64,000 nt of DNA from positions 27,714,001-27,778,000 of the forward strand of contig OX597815.1 in the NCBI GenBank assembly GCA_951406725.2, given 5' to 3'. Of the stretch, positions 62,100-64,000 are shown piece by piece. Position 1 is the first letter of the stretch. Each line of letters starts with the position of its first letter. The DNA comes from Octopus vulgaris. Taxonomy: Eukaryota. Position numbers and translations under genes: made by a program. The notes under the pieces were generated by a model, which made no database searches, was not told the origin of the DNA, and was given only the letters and a program-made list of their open reading frames with translations.

Positions 62100-63428
62100 T
62101 AACCTGATCCAACCCAATAAAGCACTGAAAGTACATACCGTATCAACGAGGGAACTGACTTGGGATTCATCTTTCCCATAAAGTTTAAGGTCATCCATGA
62201 ATAAGAAGTGGTAATTTTTTTTGTTATTGTTATCATTATTGAGTGAGAGAGCAGTGCATGCCATCAGTGACACTGGGGTAAAATATACGAAGCCCAGTAT
62301 ATCCATCATGATTCAATAATGATAACAATAACAAAAATAATTAAAAAAAAGTTAACCACTTCTTATTCATGGATGACCTTAAACTTTAAGAGGGGGAAGA
62401 GGACTGATTGGATGCGAACACAGCATTAGAGCAGAAGAAAACAACATAGCATAGTATGTAAAAATTGCCACAGAACCATTATTATTGGAATTAAGAAGGT
62501 CAGGCTTGTATAGGATGGAAGATTGCAAAGATTAAGTACTGTACAAGGACTTGAGAATGAATGAAACTGAAAATAGGTGGATAAAGAAAAGAATGCATGG
62601 ACAATTTCATAGGGATGTTGAAGATAAAACAGACAGAGAAGAAAGATGGCTATGGATGACTAAAAGTGATTTAAAACTGGAAATGGAGGCTCTAATTTGT
62701 GCTGCCCAAGAGCAAGCATTACGAACCAATTACATCAAATACAGAATAGACAACACATCAAAAAGTGATAAATGCAGAATTTGTGGACAAAATAGTGAAA
62801 CCATATGCCATATTACCAGTCAATGTACACCACTAGCCCAGAAAGAATATAAGAGACATCATGACAATATAGCAAGGATTGTCCATTGGACACTTTGCAA
62901 CAAGTATGGACTTGACAGAGCAAAAAAAGTGGCATGAACATAAACCTGAAGGCATCATCGAAAATGATAATGCAAAGATCCTATGAGATTTTATGATTCA
63001 GTGCGACCATGAGATAGAGAATAGGAAACTAGACATAGAGAAAGAAAGCAAATGATGCTGGATCATAGATATAGCATGCCCAGCTGACAACAAAGTATAT
63101 GATAAGGAAGAAAGAAAAGTCAATAGATATGACAGGTTAGATTGAGAGGTTAAGCAGCTGTGGTCAATGAAAAAAGTGGTAGTAGTACCAATAACTGTCG
63201 GAGCCCTGGGAACAGTGAGTAAAAATCTTGAGAAGTACATGGAACAAATAGGGGCTGCAATACAGGTGGAGCACTTGCAGAAAACAGCACTTCTTGGAAC
63301 TGCTTGAATACTCTGAAACTAAGATAAGGGGTGTTATCTCAGTTCAATGGTAGTGAACAGCCATCACTGTAGTACATCTCCAGCATTAGAAGCTGTGCAA
63401 AGACAATAAATAACGATAATAATAATAA
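62100..63428 (+). mobile_element. R4/Dong-like non-LTR retrotransposon (RLE endonuclease), truncated and rearranged
   Basis: HFLFMDDLKL RT motif, MHGQF, AAQEQAL, the zinc knuckle CRICG..ETICHITSQC, EYKRHHDNI, and a (TAA)n tail. Contains stops and frameshifts. Confidence 0.85.
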
Positions 63429-64000
63429 TGCTTACGTCTATAGGCACAAGGCCTGAAATTTTGAGGGACGAGGTGGGTGGGGGTTAGTCAATTACATCAA
63501 TCCCAGTGCTCATCTAGTACTTATTTCATTAATCCTGAAAGGATGAAAGGCAAAGTTAATCTTGATGGAATTTCGACTCAGACCATAAAGACCAATGAAA
63601 TGCTGCTAAGCATTTTACTTGGCATGCTTATGATTCTGCTAGCTTGCAGCCTCATCATGATAATATTAATAATAATGAAAGACAAAGAGGAAGACAGGGA
63701 GAATTGAATACAATCTTAATGAGAATTGTTGAGAAAGGAGCTGTATGAAGAAACTATTAAAAAGAGATAAGTGGAGTTGTAATAGTTAGGATATCTAGCA
63801 AATGAAATAAAGTATTTTAGTTAATGGATTGTAGTTAGCTGCAGCAATAATAAATTTTAGGAAATCAAAAACTTGAAATGAGAAATTCTTAGTTTTTTGA
63901 TTTTCACAAGTGAGGTTCAATGATTAGAGATAATTGGAAAAAAATAGAGATTTGTAATTATACAACTGATGAAGAAGTTGATGATGGTAATTAAAATAAT

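Overview
Eukaryotic, AT-rich, repeat-dense genomic DNA. The tRNA-derived SINE families, (AT)n/(CA)n microsatellites and RTE/CR1/R4 LINE remnants point to a coleoid cephalopod, most likely Octopus (inference). Splicing by hand gives three intron-containing genes. (1) An unrecognised minus-strand gene for a ~107-aa protein with one C-terminal hydrophobic helix (exons 16130-16074, 3344-3296, a 25-nt micro-exon 1191-1167, and 1078-886). (2) A complete plus-strand NHP2 (H/ACA RNP subunit, 4 exons, 139 aa, 22491-31577), divergent from gene 1. (3) A minus-strand Ikaros/Pegasus-like C2H2 zinc-finger gene (at least 641 aa, exons 60999-60564 and 55062-53564). The rest is introns, intergenic DNA and probable UTR, filled with MITEs (hAT, piggyBac, pogo, Merlin-like, MULE-like), a Helitron, a DD37D maT transposase relic, Penelope-derived foldbacks, SINEs and LINE fragments. 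Almost all short ORFs in the supplied track are spurious. I found no convincing new multi-gene system. The best leads are the orphan tail-anchored protein, several long dsRNA-forming foldbacks, and a low-confidence telomerase-RNA-like candidate. All coordinates were read by eye, and repeat ends are approximate.
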